NCBI GenBank assembly: GCA_964016885.1
Contig: CAXHJY010001175.1
Span: 1 to 64,000 of the forward strand
Direction: 5' to 3'
Length of the DNA stretch: 64,000 nucleotides
Source of the DNA: Eledone cirrhosa
Lineage: Eukaryota
The translations under genes were made by a program, and so were the position numbers. The notes under the pieces were generated by a model that saw nothing but the letters and a program-made list of their open reading frames with translations, had not been told where the DNA came from and ran no database searches. Position 1 is the first letter of the stretch. Each line of letters opens with the position of its first letter. This document shows, piece after piece, positions 12,801 to 26,786 of this stretch.

Positions 12801-15800
12801 GCTGAAATTCACGCCACACATAGCCAATGAGTGTCTGCACATGTACCAGTAATTACAGATCGATCTGACCACGGGCGGCCGGCCCGCGATTGAAAAGGTA
12901 ACTCCGCCGGCAAATCGTCATTTTTGGATTCGTTTTCTTCGAAGCACACCATTCGCCGGCGGACTTTGTTGACGTTTAACACGGTTTGGTTCCACAGCCA
13001 CAACTATTGATTTTACGGAGATATCTTGCTGAAATTCACGCCGCACATAGCCAATGAGTGTCTGCACATGTACCAGTAATTACAGATCGATCCGACCACG
13101 GGCGGCCGGCCCGCGATTGAAAAGGTAACTCCGCCGGCAAATCGTCATTTTTGGATTCGTTTTCTTCGAAGCACACCATTCGCCGGCGGACTTTGTTGAC
13201 GTTTAACACGGTTTGGTTCCACAGCCACAACTATTGATTTTACGGAGATATCTTGCTGAAATTCACGCCGCACATAGCCAATGAGTGTCTGCACATGTAC
13301 CAGTAATTACAGATCGATCCGACCACGGGCGGCCGGCCCGCGATTGAAAAGGTAACTCCGCCGGCAAATCGTCATTTTTGGATTCGTTTTCTTCGAAGCA
13401 CACCATTCGCCGGCGGACTTTGTTGACGTTTAACACGGTTTGGTTCCACAGCCACAACTATTGATTTTACGGAGATATCTTGCTGAAATTCACGCCGCAC
13501 ATAGCCAATGAGTGTCTGCACATGTACCAGTAATTACAAATCGATCCGACCACGGGCGGCCGGCCCGCGATTGAAAAGGTAACTCCGCCGGCAAATCGTC
13601 ATTTTTGGATTCGTTTTCTTCGAAGCACACCATTCGCCGGCGGACTTTGTTGACGTTTAACACGGTTTGGTTCCACAGCCACAACTATTGATTTTACGGA
13701 GATATCTTGCTGAAATTCACGCCACACATAGCCAATGAGTGTCTGCACATGTACCAGTAATTACAGATCGATCCGACCACGGGCGGCCGGCCCGCGATTA
13801 AAAAGGTAACTCCGCCGGCAAATCGTCATTTTTGGATTCGTTTTCTTCGAAGCACACCATTCGCCGGCGGACTTTGTTGACGTTTAACACGGTTTGGTTC
13901 CACAGCCACAACTATTGAATTTACGGAGATATCTTGCTGAAATTCACGCCACACATAGCCAATGAGTGTCTGCACATGTACCAGTAATTACAGATCGATC
14001 TGACCACGGGCGGCCGGCCCGCGATTGAAAAGGTAACTCCGCCGGCAAATCGTCATTTTTGGATTCGTTTTCTTCGAAGCACACCATTCGCCGGCGGACT
14101 TTGTTGACGTTTAACACGGTTTGGTTCCACAGCCACAACTATTGATTTTACGGAGATATCTTGCTGAAATTCACGCCGCACATAGCCAATGAGTGTCTGC
14201 ACATGTACCAGTAATTACAGATCGATCCGACCACGGGCGGCCGGCCCGCGATTGAAAAGGTAACTCCGCCGGCAAATCGTCATTTTTGGATTCGTTTTCT
14301 TCGAAGCACACCATTCGCCGGCGGACTTTGTTGACGTTTAACACGGTTTGGTTCCACAGCCACAACTATTGATGTTACGGAGATATCTTGCTGAAATTCA
14401 CGCCGCACATAGCCAATGAGTGTCTGCACATGTACCAGTAATTACAGATCGATCCGACCACGGGCGGCCGGCCCGCGATTGAAAAGGTAACTCCGCCGGC
14501 AAATCGTCATTTTTGGATTCGTTTTCTTCGAAGCACACCATTCGCCGGCGGACATTGTTGACGTTTAACACGGTTTGGTTCCACAGCCACAACTATTGAT
14601 TTTACGGAGATATCTTGCTGAAATTCACGCCACACATAGCCAATGAGTGTCTGCACATGTACCAGTAATTACAGATCGATCCGACCACGGGCGGCCGGCC
14701 CGCGATTGAAAAGGTAACTCCGCCGGCAAATCGTCATTTTTGGATTCGTTTTCTTCGAAGCACACCATTCGCCGGCGGACTTTGTTGACGTTTAACACGG
14801 TTTGGTTCCACAGCCACAACTATTGAATTCACGGAGATATCTTGCTGAAATTCACGCCACACATAGCCAATGAGTGTCTGCACATGTACCAGTAATTACA
14901 GATCGATCCGACCACGGGCGGCCGGCCCGCGATTGAAAAGGTAACTCCGCCGGCAAATCGTCATTTTTGGATTCGTTTTCTTCGAAGCACACCATTCGCC
15001 GGCGGACATTGTTGACGTTTAACACGGTTTGGTTCCACAGCCACAACTATTGATTTTACGGAGATATCTTGCTGAAATTCACGCCACACATAGCCAATGA
15101 GTGTCTGCACATGTACCAGTAATTACAGATCGATCCGACCACGGGCGGCCGGCCCGCGATTGAAAAGGTAACTCCGCCGGCAAATCGTCATTTTTGGATT
15201 CGTTTTCTTCGAAGCACACCATTCGCCGGCGGACTTTGTTGACGTTTAACACGGTTTGGTTCCACAGCCACAACTATTGATTTTACGGAGATATCTTGCT
15301 GAAATTCACGCCGCACATAGCCAATGAGTGTCTGCACATGTACCAGTAATTACAGATCGATCCGACCACGGGCGGCCGGCCCGCGATTGAAAAGGTAACT
15401 CCGCCGGCAAATCGTCATTTTTGGATTCGTTTTCTTCGAAGCACACCATTCGCCGGCGGACATTGTTGACGTTTAACACGGTTTGGTTCCACAGCCACAA
15501 CTATTGATTTTACGGAGATATCTTGCTGAAATTCACGCCACACATAGCCAATGAGTGTCTGCACATGTACCAGTAATTACAGATCGATCCGACCACGGGC
15601 GGCCGGCCCGCGATTGAAAAGGTAACTCCGCCGGCAAATCGTCATTTTTGGATTCGTTTTCTTCGAAGCACACCATTCGCCGGCGGACTTTGTTGACGTT
15701 TAACACGGTTTGGTTCCACAGCCACAACTATTGATTTTACGGAGATATCTTGCTGAAATTCACGCCGCACATAGCCAATGAGTGTCTGCACATGTACCAG

Positions 15801-17025
15801 TAATTACAGATCGATCCGACCACGGGCGGCCGGCCCGCGATTGAAAAGGTAACTCCGCCGGCAAATCGTCATTTTTGGATTCGTTTTCTTCGAAGCACAC
15901 CATTCGCCGGCGGACTTTGTTGACGTTTAACACGGTTTGGTTCCACAGCCACAACTATTGATTTTACGGAGATATCTTGCTGAAATTCACGCCGCACATA
16001 GCCAATGAGTGTCTGCACATGTACCAGTAATTACAGATCGATCCGACCACGGGCGGCCGGCCCGCGATTGAAAAGGTAACTCCGCCGGCAAATCGTCATT
16101 TTTGGATTCGTTTTCTTCGAAGCACACCATTCGCCGGCGGACTTTGTTGACGTTTAACACGGTTTGGTTCCACAGCCACAACTATTGATTTTACGGAGAT
16201 ATCTTGCTGAAATTCACGCCGCACATAGCCAATGAGTGTCTGCACATGTACCAGTAATTACAAATCGATCCGACCAGGGGCGGCCGGCCCGCGATTGAAA
16301 AGGTAACTCCGCCGGCAAATCGTCATTTTTGGATTCGTTTTCTTCGAAGCACACCATTCGCCGGCGGACTTTGTTGACGTTTAACACGGTTTGGTTCCAC
16401 AGCCACAACTATTGATTTTACGGAGATATCTTGCTGAAATTCACGCCACACATAGCCAATGAGTGTCTGCACATGTACCAGTAATTACAGATCGATCCGA
16501 CCACGGGCGGCCGGCCCGCGATTAAAAAGGTAACTCCGCCGGCAAATCGTCATTTTTGGATTCGTTTTCTTCGAAGCACACCATTCGCCGGCGGACTTTG
16601 TTGACGTTTAACACGGTTTGGTTCCACAGCCACAACTATTGAATTTACGGAGATATCTTGCTGAAATTCACGCCACACATAGCCAATGAGTGTCTGCACA
16701 TGTACCAGTAATTACAGATCGATCTGACCACGGGCGGCCGGCCCGCGATTGAAAAGGTAACTCCGCCGGCAAATCGTCATTTTTGGATTCGTTTTCTTCG
16801 AAGCACACCATTCGCCGGCGGACTTTGTTGACGTTTAACACGGTTTGGTTCCACAGCCACAACTATTGATTTTACGGAGATATCTTGCTGAAATTCACGC
16901 CGCACATAGCCAATGAGTGTCTGCACATGTACCAGTAATTACAGATCGATCCGACCACGGGCGGCCGGCCCGCGATTGAAAAGGTAACTCCGCCGGCAAA
17001 TCGTCATTTTTGGATTCGTTTTCTT
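5676..17025. repeat. Block duplication of ~20 monomers at a 30-monomer (6810 bp) offset: ~5676-10215 vs ~12486-17025
   Basis: p180A in copies 26,31,43 vs 56,61,73; p146A in 30,42 vs 60,72; p73G at 7564 vs 14374; p160G at 9467 vs 16277. Confidence 0.85.
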
Positions 17026-20000
17026 CGAAGCACACCATTCGCCGGCGGACTTTGTTGACGTTTAACACGGTTTGGTTCCACAGCCACAACTATTGATTTT
17101 ACGGAGATATCTTGCTGAAATTCACGCCGCACATAGCCAATGAGTGTCTGCACATGTACCAGTAATTACAGATCGATCCGACCACGGGCGGCCGGCCCGC
17201 GATTGAAAAGGTAACTCCGCCGGCAAATCGTCATTTTTGGATTCGTTTTCTTCGAAGCACACCATTCGCCGGCGGACTTTGTTGACGTTTAACACGGTTT
17301 GGTTCCACAGCCACAACTATTGATTTTACGGAGATATCTTGCTGAAATTCACGCCGCACATAGCCAATGAGTGTCTGCACATGTACCAGTAATTACAGAT
17401 CGATCCGACCACGGGCGGCCGGCCCGCGATTGAAAAGGTAACTCCGCCGGCAAATCGTCATTTTTGGATTCGTTTTCTTCGAAGCACACCATTCGCCGGC
17501 GGACATTGTTGACGTTTAACACGGTTTGGTTCCACAGCCACAACTATTGATTTTACGGAGATATCTTGCTGAAATTCACGCCACACATAGCCAATGAGTG
17601 TCTGCACATGTACCAGTAATTACAGATCGATCCGACCACGGGCGGCCGGCCCGCGATTGAAAAGGTAACTCCGCCGGCAAATCGTCATTTTTGGATTCGT
17701 TTTCTTCGAAGCACACCATTCGCCGGCGGACTTTGTTGACGTTTAACACGGTTTGGTTCCACAGCCACAACTATTGATTTTACGGAGATATCTTGCTGAA
17801 ATTCACGCCGCACATAGCCAATGAGTGTCTGCACATGTACCAGTAATTACAGATCGATCCGACCACGGGCGGCCGGCCCGCGATTGAAAAGGTAACTCCG
17901 CCGGCAAATCGTCATTTTTGGATTCGTTTTCTTCGAAGCACACCATTCGCCGGCGGACTTTGTTGACGTTTAACACGGTTTGGTTCCACAGCCACAACTA
18001 TTGATTTTACGGAGATATCTTGCTGAAATTCACGCCGCACATAGCCAATGAGTGTCTGCACATGTACCAGTAATTACAGATCGATCCGACCACGGGCGGC
18101 CGGCCCGCGATTGAAAAGGTAACTCCGCCGGCAAATCGTCATTTTTGGATTCGTTTTCTTCGAAGCACACCATTCGCCGGCGGACTTTGTTGACGTTTAA
18201 CACGGTTTGGTTCCACAGCCACAACTATTGATTTTACGGAGATATCTTGCTGAAATTCACGCCGCACATAGCCAATGAGTGTCTGCACATGTACCAGTAA
18301 TTACAAATCGATCCGACCAGGGGCGGCCGGCCCGCGATTGAAAAGGTAACTCCGCCGGCAAATCGTCATTTTTGGATTCGTTTTCTTCGAAGCACACCAT
18401 TCGCCGGCGGACTTTGTTGACGTTTAACACGGTTTGGTTCCACAGCCACAACTATTGATTTTACGGAGATATCTTGCTGAAATTCACGCCACACATAGCC
18501 AATGAGTGTCTGCACATGTACCAGTAATTACAGATCGATCCGACCACGGGCGGCCGGCCCGCGATTAAAAAGGTAACTCCGCCGGCAAATCGTCATTTTT
18601 GGATTCGTTTTCTTCGAAGCACACCATTCGCCGGCGGACTTTGTTGACGTTTAACACGGTTTGGTTCCACAGCCACAACTATTGAATTTACGGAGATATC
18701 TTGCTGAAATTCACGCCACACATAGCCAATGAGTGTCTGCACATGTACCAGTAATTACAGATCGATCTGACCACGGGCGGCCGGCCCGCGATTGAAAAGG
18801 TAACTCCGCCGGCAAATCGTCATTTTTGGATTCGTTTTCTTCGAAGCACACCATTCGCCGGCGGACTTTGTTGACGTTTAACACGGTTTGGTTCCACAGC
18901 CACAACTATTGATTTTACGGAGATATCTTGCTGAAATTCACGCCGCACATAGCCAATGAGTGTCTGCACATGTACCAGTAATTACAGATCGATCCGACCA
19001 CGGGCGGCCGGCCCGCGATTGAAAAGGTAACTCCGCCGGCAAATCGTCATTTTTGGATTCGTTTTCTTCGAAGCACACCATTCGCCGGCGGACTTTGTTG
19101 ACGTTTAACACGGTTTGGTTCCACAGCCACAACTATTGATTTTACGGAGATATCTTGCTGAAATTCACGCCGCACATAGCCAATGAGTGTCTGCACATGT
19201 ACCAGTAATTACAGATCGATCCGACCACGGGCGGCCGGCCCGCGATTGAAAAGGTAACTCCGCCGGCAAATCGTCATTTTTGGATTCGTTTTCTTCGAAG
19301 CACACCATTCGCCGGCGGACATTGTTGACGTTTAACACGGTTTGGTTCCACAGCCACAACTATTGATTTTACGGAGATATCTTGCTGAAATTCACGCCAC
19401 ACATAGCCAATGAGTGTCTGCACATGTACCAGTAATTACAGATCGATCCGACCACGGGCGGCCGGCCCGCGATTGAAAAGGTAACTCTGCCGGCAAATCG
19501 TCATTTTTGGATTCGTTTTCTTCGAAGCACACCATTCGCCGGCGGACTTTGTTGACGTTTAACACGGTTTGGTTCCACAGCCACAACTATTGAATTCACG
19601 GAGATATCTTGCTGAAATTCACGCCACACATAGCCAATGAGTGTCTGCACATGTACCAGTAATTACAGATCGATCCGACCACGGGCGGCCGGCCCGCGAT
19701 TGAAAAGGTAACTCCGCCGGCAAATCGTCATTTTTGGATTCGTTTTCTTCGAAGCACACCATTCGCCGGCGGACATTGTTGACGTTTAACACGGTTTGGT
19801 TCCACAGCCACAACTATTGATTTTACGGAGATATCTTGCTGAAATTCACGCCGCACATAGCCAATGAGTGTCTGCACATGTACCAGTAATTACAGATCGA
19901 TCCGACCACGGGCGGCCGGCCCGCGATTGAAAAGGTAACTCCGCCGGCAAATCGTCATTTTTGGATTCGTTTTCTTCGAAGCACACCATTCGCCGGCGGA

Positions 20001-22700
20001 CTTTGTTGACGTTTAACACGGTTTGGTTCCACAGCCACAACTATTGAATTTACGGAGATATCTTGCTGAAATTCACGCCACACATAGCCAATGAGTGTCT
20101 GCACATGTACCAGTAATTACAGATCGATCCGACCACGGGCGGCCGGCCCGCGATTGAAAAGGTAACTCCGCCGGCAAATCGTCATTTTTGGATTCGTTTT
20201 CTTCGAAGCACACCATTCGCCGGCGGACTTTGTTGACGTTTAACACGGTTTGGTTCCACAGCCACAACTATTGATTTTATGGAGATATCTTGCTGAAATT
20301 CACGCCGCACATAGCCAATGAGTGTCTGCACATGTACCAGTAATTACAGATCGATCCGACCACGGGCGGCCGGTCCGCGATTGAAAAGGTAACTCCGCCG
20401 GCAAATCGTCATTTTTGGATTCGTTTTCTTCGAAGCACACCATTCGCCGGCGGACTTTGTTGACGTTTAACACGGTTTGGTTCCACAGCCACAACTATTG
20501 AATTCACGGAGATATCTTGCTGAAATTCACGCCACACATAGCCAATGAGTGTCTGCACATGTACCAGTAATTACAGATCGATCCGACCACGGGCGGCCGG
20601 CCCGCGATTAAAAAGGTAACTCCGCCGGCAAATCGTCATTTTTGGATTCGTTTTCTTCGAAGCACACCATTCGCCGGCGGACTTTGTTGACGTTTAACAC
20701 GGTTTGGTTCCACAGCCACAACTATTGAATTTACGGAGATATCTTGCTGAAATTCACGCCACACATAGCCAATGAGTGTCTGCACATGTACCAGTAATTA
20801 CAGATCGATCTGACCACGGGCGGCCGGCCCGCGATTGAAAAGGTAACTCCGCCGGCAAATCGTCATTTTTGGATTCGTTTTCTTCGAAGCACACCATTCG
20901 CCGGCGGACTTTGTTGACGTTTAACACGGTTTGGTTCCACAGCCACAACTATTGATTTTACGGAGATATCTTGCTGAAATTCACGCCGCACATAGCCAAT
21001 GAGTGTCTGCACATGTACCAGTAATTACAGATCGATCCGACCACGGGCGGCCGGCCCGCGATTGAAAAGGTAACTCCGCCGGCAAATCGTCATTTTTGGA
21101 TTCGTTTTCTTCGAAGCACACCATTCGCCGGCGGACTTTGTTGACGTTTAACACGGTTTGGTTCCACAGCCACAACTATTGATTTTACGGAGATATCTTG
21201 CTGAAATTCACGCCGCACATAGCCAATGAGTGTCTGCACATGTACCAGTAATTACAGATCGATCCGACCACGGGCGGCCGGCCCGCGATTGAAAAGGTAA
21301 CTCCGCCGGCAAATCGTCATTTTTGGATTCGTTTTCTTCGAAGCACACCATTCGCCGGCGGACTTTGTTGACGTTTAACACGGTTTGGTTCCACAGCCAC
21401 AACTATTGATTTTACGGAGATATCTTGCTGAAATTCACGCCGCACATAGCCAATGAGTGTCTGCACATGTACCAGTAATTACAGATCGATCCGACCACGG
21501 GCGGCCGGCCCGCGATTGAAAAGGTAACTCCGCCGGCAAATCGTCATTTTTGGATTCGTTTTCTTCGAAGCACACCATTCGCCGGCGGACATTGTTGACG
21601 TTTAACACGGTTTGGTTCCACAGCCACAACTATTGATTTTACGGAGATATCTTGCTGAAATTCACGCCACACATAGCCAATGAGTGTCTGCACATGTACC
21701 AGTAATTACAGATCGATCCGACCACGGGCGGCCGGCCCGCGATTGAAAAGGTAACTCCGCCGGCAAATCGTCATTTTTGGATTCGTTTTCTTCGAAGCAC
21801 ACCATTCGCCGGCGGACTTTGTTGACGTTTAACACGGTTTGGTTCCACAGCCACAACTATTGAATTCACGGAGATATCTTGCTGAAATTCACGCCACACA
21901 TAGCCAATGAGTGTCTGCACATGTACCAGTAATTACAGATCGATCCGACCACGGGCGGCCGGCCCGCGATTGAAAAGGTAACTCCGCCGGCAAATCGTCA
22001 TTTTTGGATTCGTTTTCTTCGAAGCACACCATTCGCCGGCGGACTTTGTTGACGTTTAACACGGTTTGGTTCCACAGCCACAACTATTGATTTTACGGAG
22101 ATATCTTGCTGAAATTCACGCCGCACATAGCCAATGAGTGTCTGCACATGTACCAGTAATTACAGATCGATCCGACCACGGGCGGCCGGCCCGCGATTGA
22201 AAAGGTAACTCCGCCGGCAAATCGTCATTTTTGGATTCGTTTTCTTCGAAGCACACCATTCGCCGGCGGACATTGTTGACGTTTAACACGGTTTGGTTCC
22301 ACAGCCACAACTATTGATTTTACGGAGATATCTTGCTGAAATTCACGCCACACATAGCCAATGAGTGTCTGCACATGTACCAGTAATTACAGATCGATCC
22401 GACCACAGGCGGCCGGCCCGCGATTGAAAAGGTAACTCCGCCGGCAAATCGTCATTTTTGGATTCGTTTTCTTCGAAGCACACCATTCGCCGGCGGACTT
22501 TGTTGACGTTTAACACGGTTTGGTTCCACAGCCACAACTATTGATTTTATGGAGATATCTTGCTGAAATTCACGCCGCACATAGCCAATGAGTGTCTGCA
22601 CATGTACCAGTAATTACAGATCGATCCGACCACGGGCGGCCGGTCCGCGATTGAAAAGGTAACTCCGCCGGCAAATCGTCATTTTTGGATTCGTTTTCTT

Positions 22701-25700
22701 CGAAGCACACCATTCGCCGGCGGACTTTGTTGACGTTTAACACGGTTTGGTTCCACAGCCACAACTATTGAATTCACGGAGATATCTTGCTGAAATTCAC
22801 GCCACACATAGCCAATGAGTGTCTGCACATGTACCAGTAATTACAGATCGATCCGACCACGGGCGGCCGGCCCGCGATTAAAAAGGTAACTCCGCCGGCA
22901 AATCGTCATTTTTGGATTCGTTTTCTTCGAAGCACACCATTCGCCGGCGGACTTTGTTGACGTTTAACACGGTTTGGTTCCACAGCCACAACTATTGAAT
23001 TTACGGAGATATCTTGCTGAAATTCACGCCACACATAGCCAATGAGTGTCTGCACATGTACCAGTAATTACAGATCGATCTGACCACGGGCGGCCGGCCC
23101 GCGATTGAAAAGGTAACTCCGCCGGCAAATCGTCATTTTTGGATTCGTTTTCTTCGAAGCACACCATTCGCCGGCGGACTTTGTTGACGTTTAACACGGT
23201 TTGGTTCCACAGCCACAACTATTGATTTTACGGAGATATCTTGCTGAAATTCACGCCGCACATAGCCAATGAGTGTCTGCACATGTACCAGTAATTACAG
23301 ATCGATCCGACCACGGGCGGCCGGCCCGCGATTGAAAAGGTAACTCCGCCGGCAAATCGTCATTTTTGGATTCGTTTTCTTCGAAGCACACCATTCGCCG
23401 GCGGACTTTGTTGACGTTTAACACGGTTTGGTTCCACAGCCACAACTATTGATTTTACGGAGATATCTTGCTGAAATTCACGCCGCACATAGCCAATGAG
23501 TGTCTGCACATGTACCAGTAATTACAGATCGATCCGACCACGGGCGGCCGGCCCGCGATTGAAAAGGTAACTCCGCCGGCAAATCGTCATTTTTGGATTC
23601 GTTTTCTTCGAAGCACACCATTCGCCGGCGGACTTTGTTGACGTTTAACACGGTTTGGTTCCACAGCCACAACTATTGATTTTACGGAGATATCTTGCTG
23701 AAATTCACGCCGCACATAGCCAATGAGTGTCTGCACATGTACCAGTAATTACAGATCGATCCGACCACGGGCGGCCGGCCCGCGATTGAAAAGGTAACTC
23801 CGCCGGCAAATCGTCATTTTTGGATTCGTTTTCTTCGAAGCACACCATTCGCCGGCGGACATTGTTGACGTTTAACACGGTTTGGTTCCACAGCCACAAC
23901 TATTGAATTCACGGAGATATCTTGCTGAAATTCACGCCACACATAGCCAATGAGTGTCTGCACATGTACCAGTAATTACAGATCGATCCGAGCACGGGCG
24001 GCCGGCCCGCGATTGAAAAGGTAACTCCGCCGGCAAATCGTCATTTTTGGATTCGTTTTCTTCGAAGCACACCATTCGCCGGCGGACATTGTTGACGTTT
24101 AACACGGTTTGGTTCCACAGCCACAACTATTGATTTTACGGAGATATCTTGCTGAAATTCACGCCACACATAGCCAATGAGTGTCTGCACATGTACCAGT
24201 AATTACAGATCGATCCGACCACGGGCGGCCGGCCCGCGATTGAAAAGGTAACTCCGCCGGCAAATCGTCATTTTTGGATTCGTTTTCTTCGAAGCACACC
24301 ATTCGCCGGCGGACTTTGTTGACGTTTAACACGGTTTGGTTCCACAGCCACAACTATTGAATTTACGGAGATATCTTGCTGAAATTCACGCCACACATAG
24401 CCAATGAGTGTCTGCACATGTACCAGTAATTACAGATCGATCCGACCACGGGCGGCCGGCCCGCGATTGAAAAGGTAACTCCGCCGGCAAATCGTCATTT
24501 TTGGATTCGTTTTCTTCGAAGCACACCATTCGCCGGCGGACTTTGTTGACGTTTAACACGGTTTGGTTCCACAGCCACAACTATTGATTTTATGGAGATA
24601 TCTTGCTGAAATTCACGCCGCACATAGCCAATGAGTGTCTGCACATGTACCAGTAATTACAGATCGATCTGACCACGGGCGGCCGGCCCGCGATTGAAAA
24701 GGTAACTCCGCCGGCAAATCGTCATTTTTGGATTCGTTTTCTTCGAAGCACACCATTCGCCGGCGGACTTTGTTGACGTTTAACACGGTTTGGTTCCACA
24801 GCCACAACTATTGAATTTACGGAGATATCTTGCTGAAATTCACGCCACACATAGCCAATGAGTGTCTGCACATGTACCAGTAATTACAGATCGATCCGAC
24901 CACGGGCGGCCGGCCCGCGATTAAAAAGGTAACTCCGCCGGCAAATCGTCATTTTTGGATTCGTTTTCTTCGAAGCACACCATTCGCCGGCGGACTTTGT
25001 TGACGTTTAACACGGTTTGGTTCCACAGCCACAACTATTGAATTTACGGAGATATCTTGCTGAAATTCACGCCACACATAGCCAATGAGTGTCTGCACAT
25101 GTACCAGTAATTACAGATCGATCTGACCACGGGCGGCCGGCCCGCGATTGAAAAGGTAACTCCGCCGGCAAATCGTCATTTTTGGATTCGTTTTCTTCGA
25201 AGCACACCATTCGCCGGCGGACTTTGTTGACGTTTAACACGGTTTGGTTCCACAGCCACAACTATTGATTTTACGGAGATATCTTGCTGAAATTCACGCC
25301 GCACATAGCCAATGAGTGTCTGCACATGTACCAGTAATTACAGATCGATCCGACCACGGGCGGCCGGCCCGCGATTGAAAAGGTAACTCCGCCGGCAAAT
25401 CGTCATTTTTGGATTCGTTTTCTTCGAAGCACACCATTCGCCGGCGGACTTTGTTGACGTTTAACACGGTTTGGTTCCACAGCCACAACTATTGATTTTA
25501 CGGAGATATCTTGCTGAAATTCACGCCGCACATAGCCAATGAGTGTCTGCACATGTACCAGTAATTACAGATCGATCCGACCACGGGCGGCCGGCCCGCG
25601 ATTGAAAAGGTAACTCCGCCGGCAAATCGTCATTTTTGGATTCGTTTTCTTCGAAGCACACCATTCGCCGGCGGACTTTGTTGACGTTTAACACGGTTTG

Positions 25701-26786
25701 GTTCCACAGCCACAACTATTGATTTTACGGAGATATCTTGCTGAAATTCACGCCGCACATAGCCAATGAGTGTCTGCACATGTACCAGTAATTACAGATC
25801 GATCCGACCACGGGCGGCCGGCCCGCGATTGAAAAGGTAACTCCGCCGGCAAATCGTCATTTTTGGATTCGTTTTCTTCGAAGCACACCATTCGCCGGCG
25901 GACATTGTTGACGTTTAACACGGTTTGGTTCCACAGCCACAACTATTGAATTCACGGAGATATCTTGCTGAAATTCACGCCACACATAGCCAATGAGTGT
26001 CTGCACATGTACCAGTAATTACAGATCGATCCGAGCACGGGCGGCCGGCCCGCGATTGAAAAGGTAACTCCGCCGGCAAATCGTCATTTTTGGATTCGTT
26101 TTCTTCGAAGCACACCATTCGCCGGCGGACATTGTTGACGTTTAACACGGTTTGGTTCCACAGCCACAACTATTGATTTTACGGAGATATCTTGCTGAAA
26201 TTCACGCCACACATAGCCAATGAGTGTCTGCACATGTACCAGTAATTACAGATCGATCCGACCACGGGCGGCCGGCCCGCGATTGAAAAGGTAACTCCGC
26301 CGGCAAATCGTCATTTTTGGATTCGTTTTCTTCGAAGCACACCATTCGCCGGCGGACTTTGTTGACGTTTAACACGGTTTGGTTCCACAGCCACAACTAT
26401 TGAATTTACGGAGATATCTTGCTGAAATTCACGCCACACATAGCCAATGAGTGTCTGCACATGTACCAGTAATTACAGATCGATCCGACCACGGGCGGCC
26501 GGCCCGCGATTGAAAAGGTAACTCCGCCGGCAAATCGTCATTTTTGGATTCGTTTTCTTCGAAGCACACCATTCGCCGGCGGACTTTGTTGACGTTTAAC
26601 ACGGTTTGGTTCCACAGCCACAACTATTGATTTTATGGAGATATCTTGCTGAAATTCACGCCGCACATAGCCAATGAGTGTCTGCACATGTACCAGTAAT
26701 TACAGATCGATCCGACCACGGGCGGCCGGTCCGCGATTGAAAAGGTAACTCCGCCGGCAAATCGTCATTTTTGGATTCGTTTTCTT
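22701..26786. repeat. Tandem duplication of a 9-monomer (2043 bp) block
   Basis: p180A in copies 101 and 110, p157G in copies 106 and 115, with matching order in between. The last monomers (109 vs 118) differ. Confidence 0.8.
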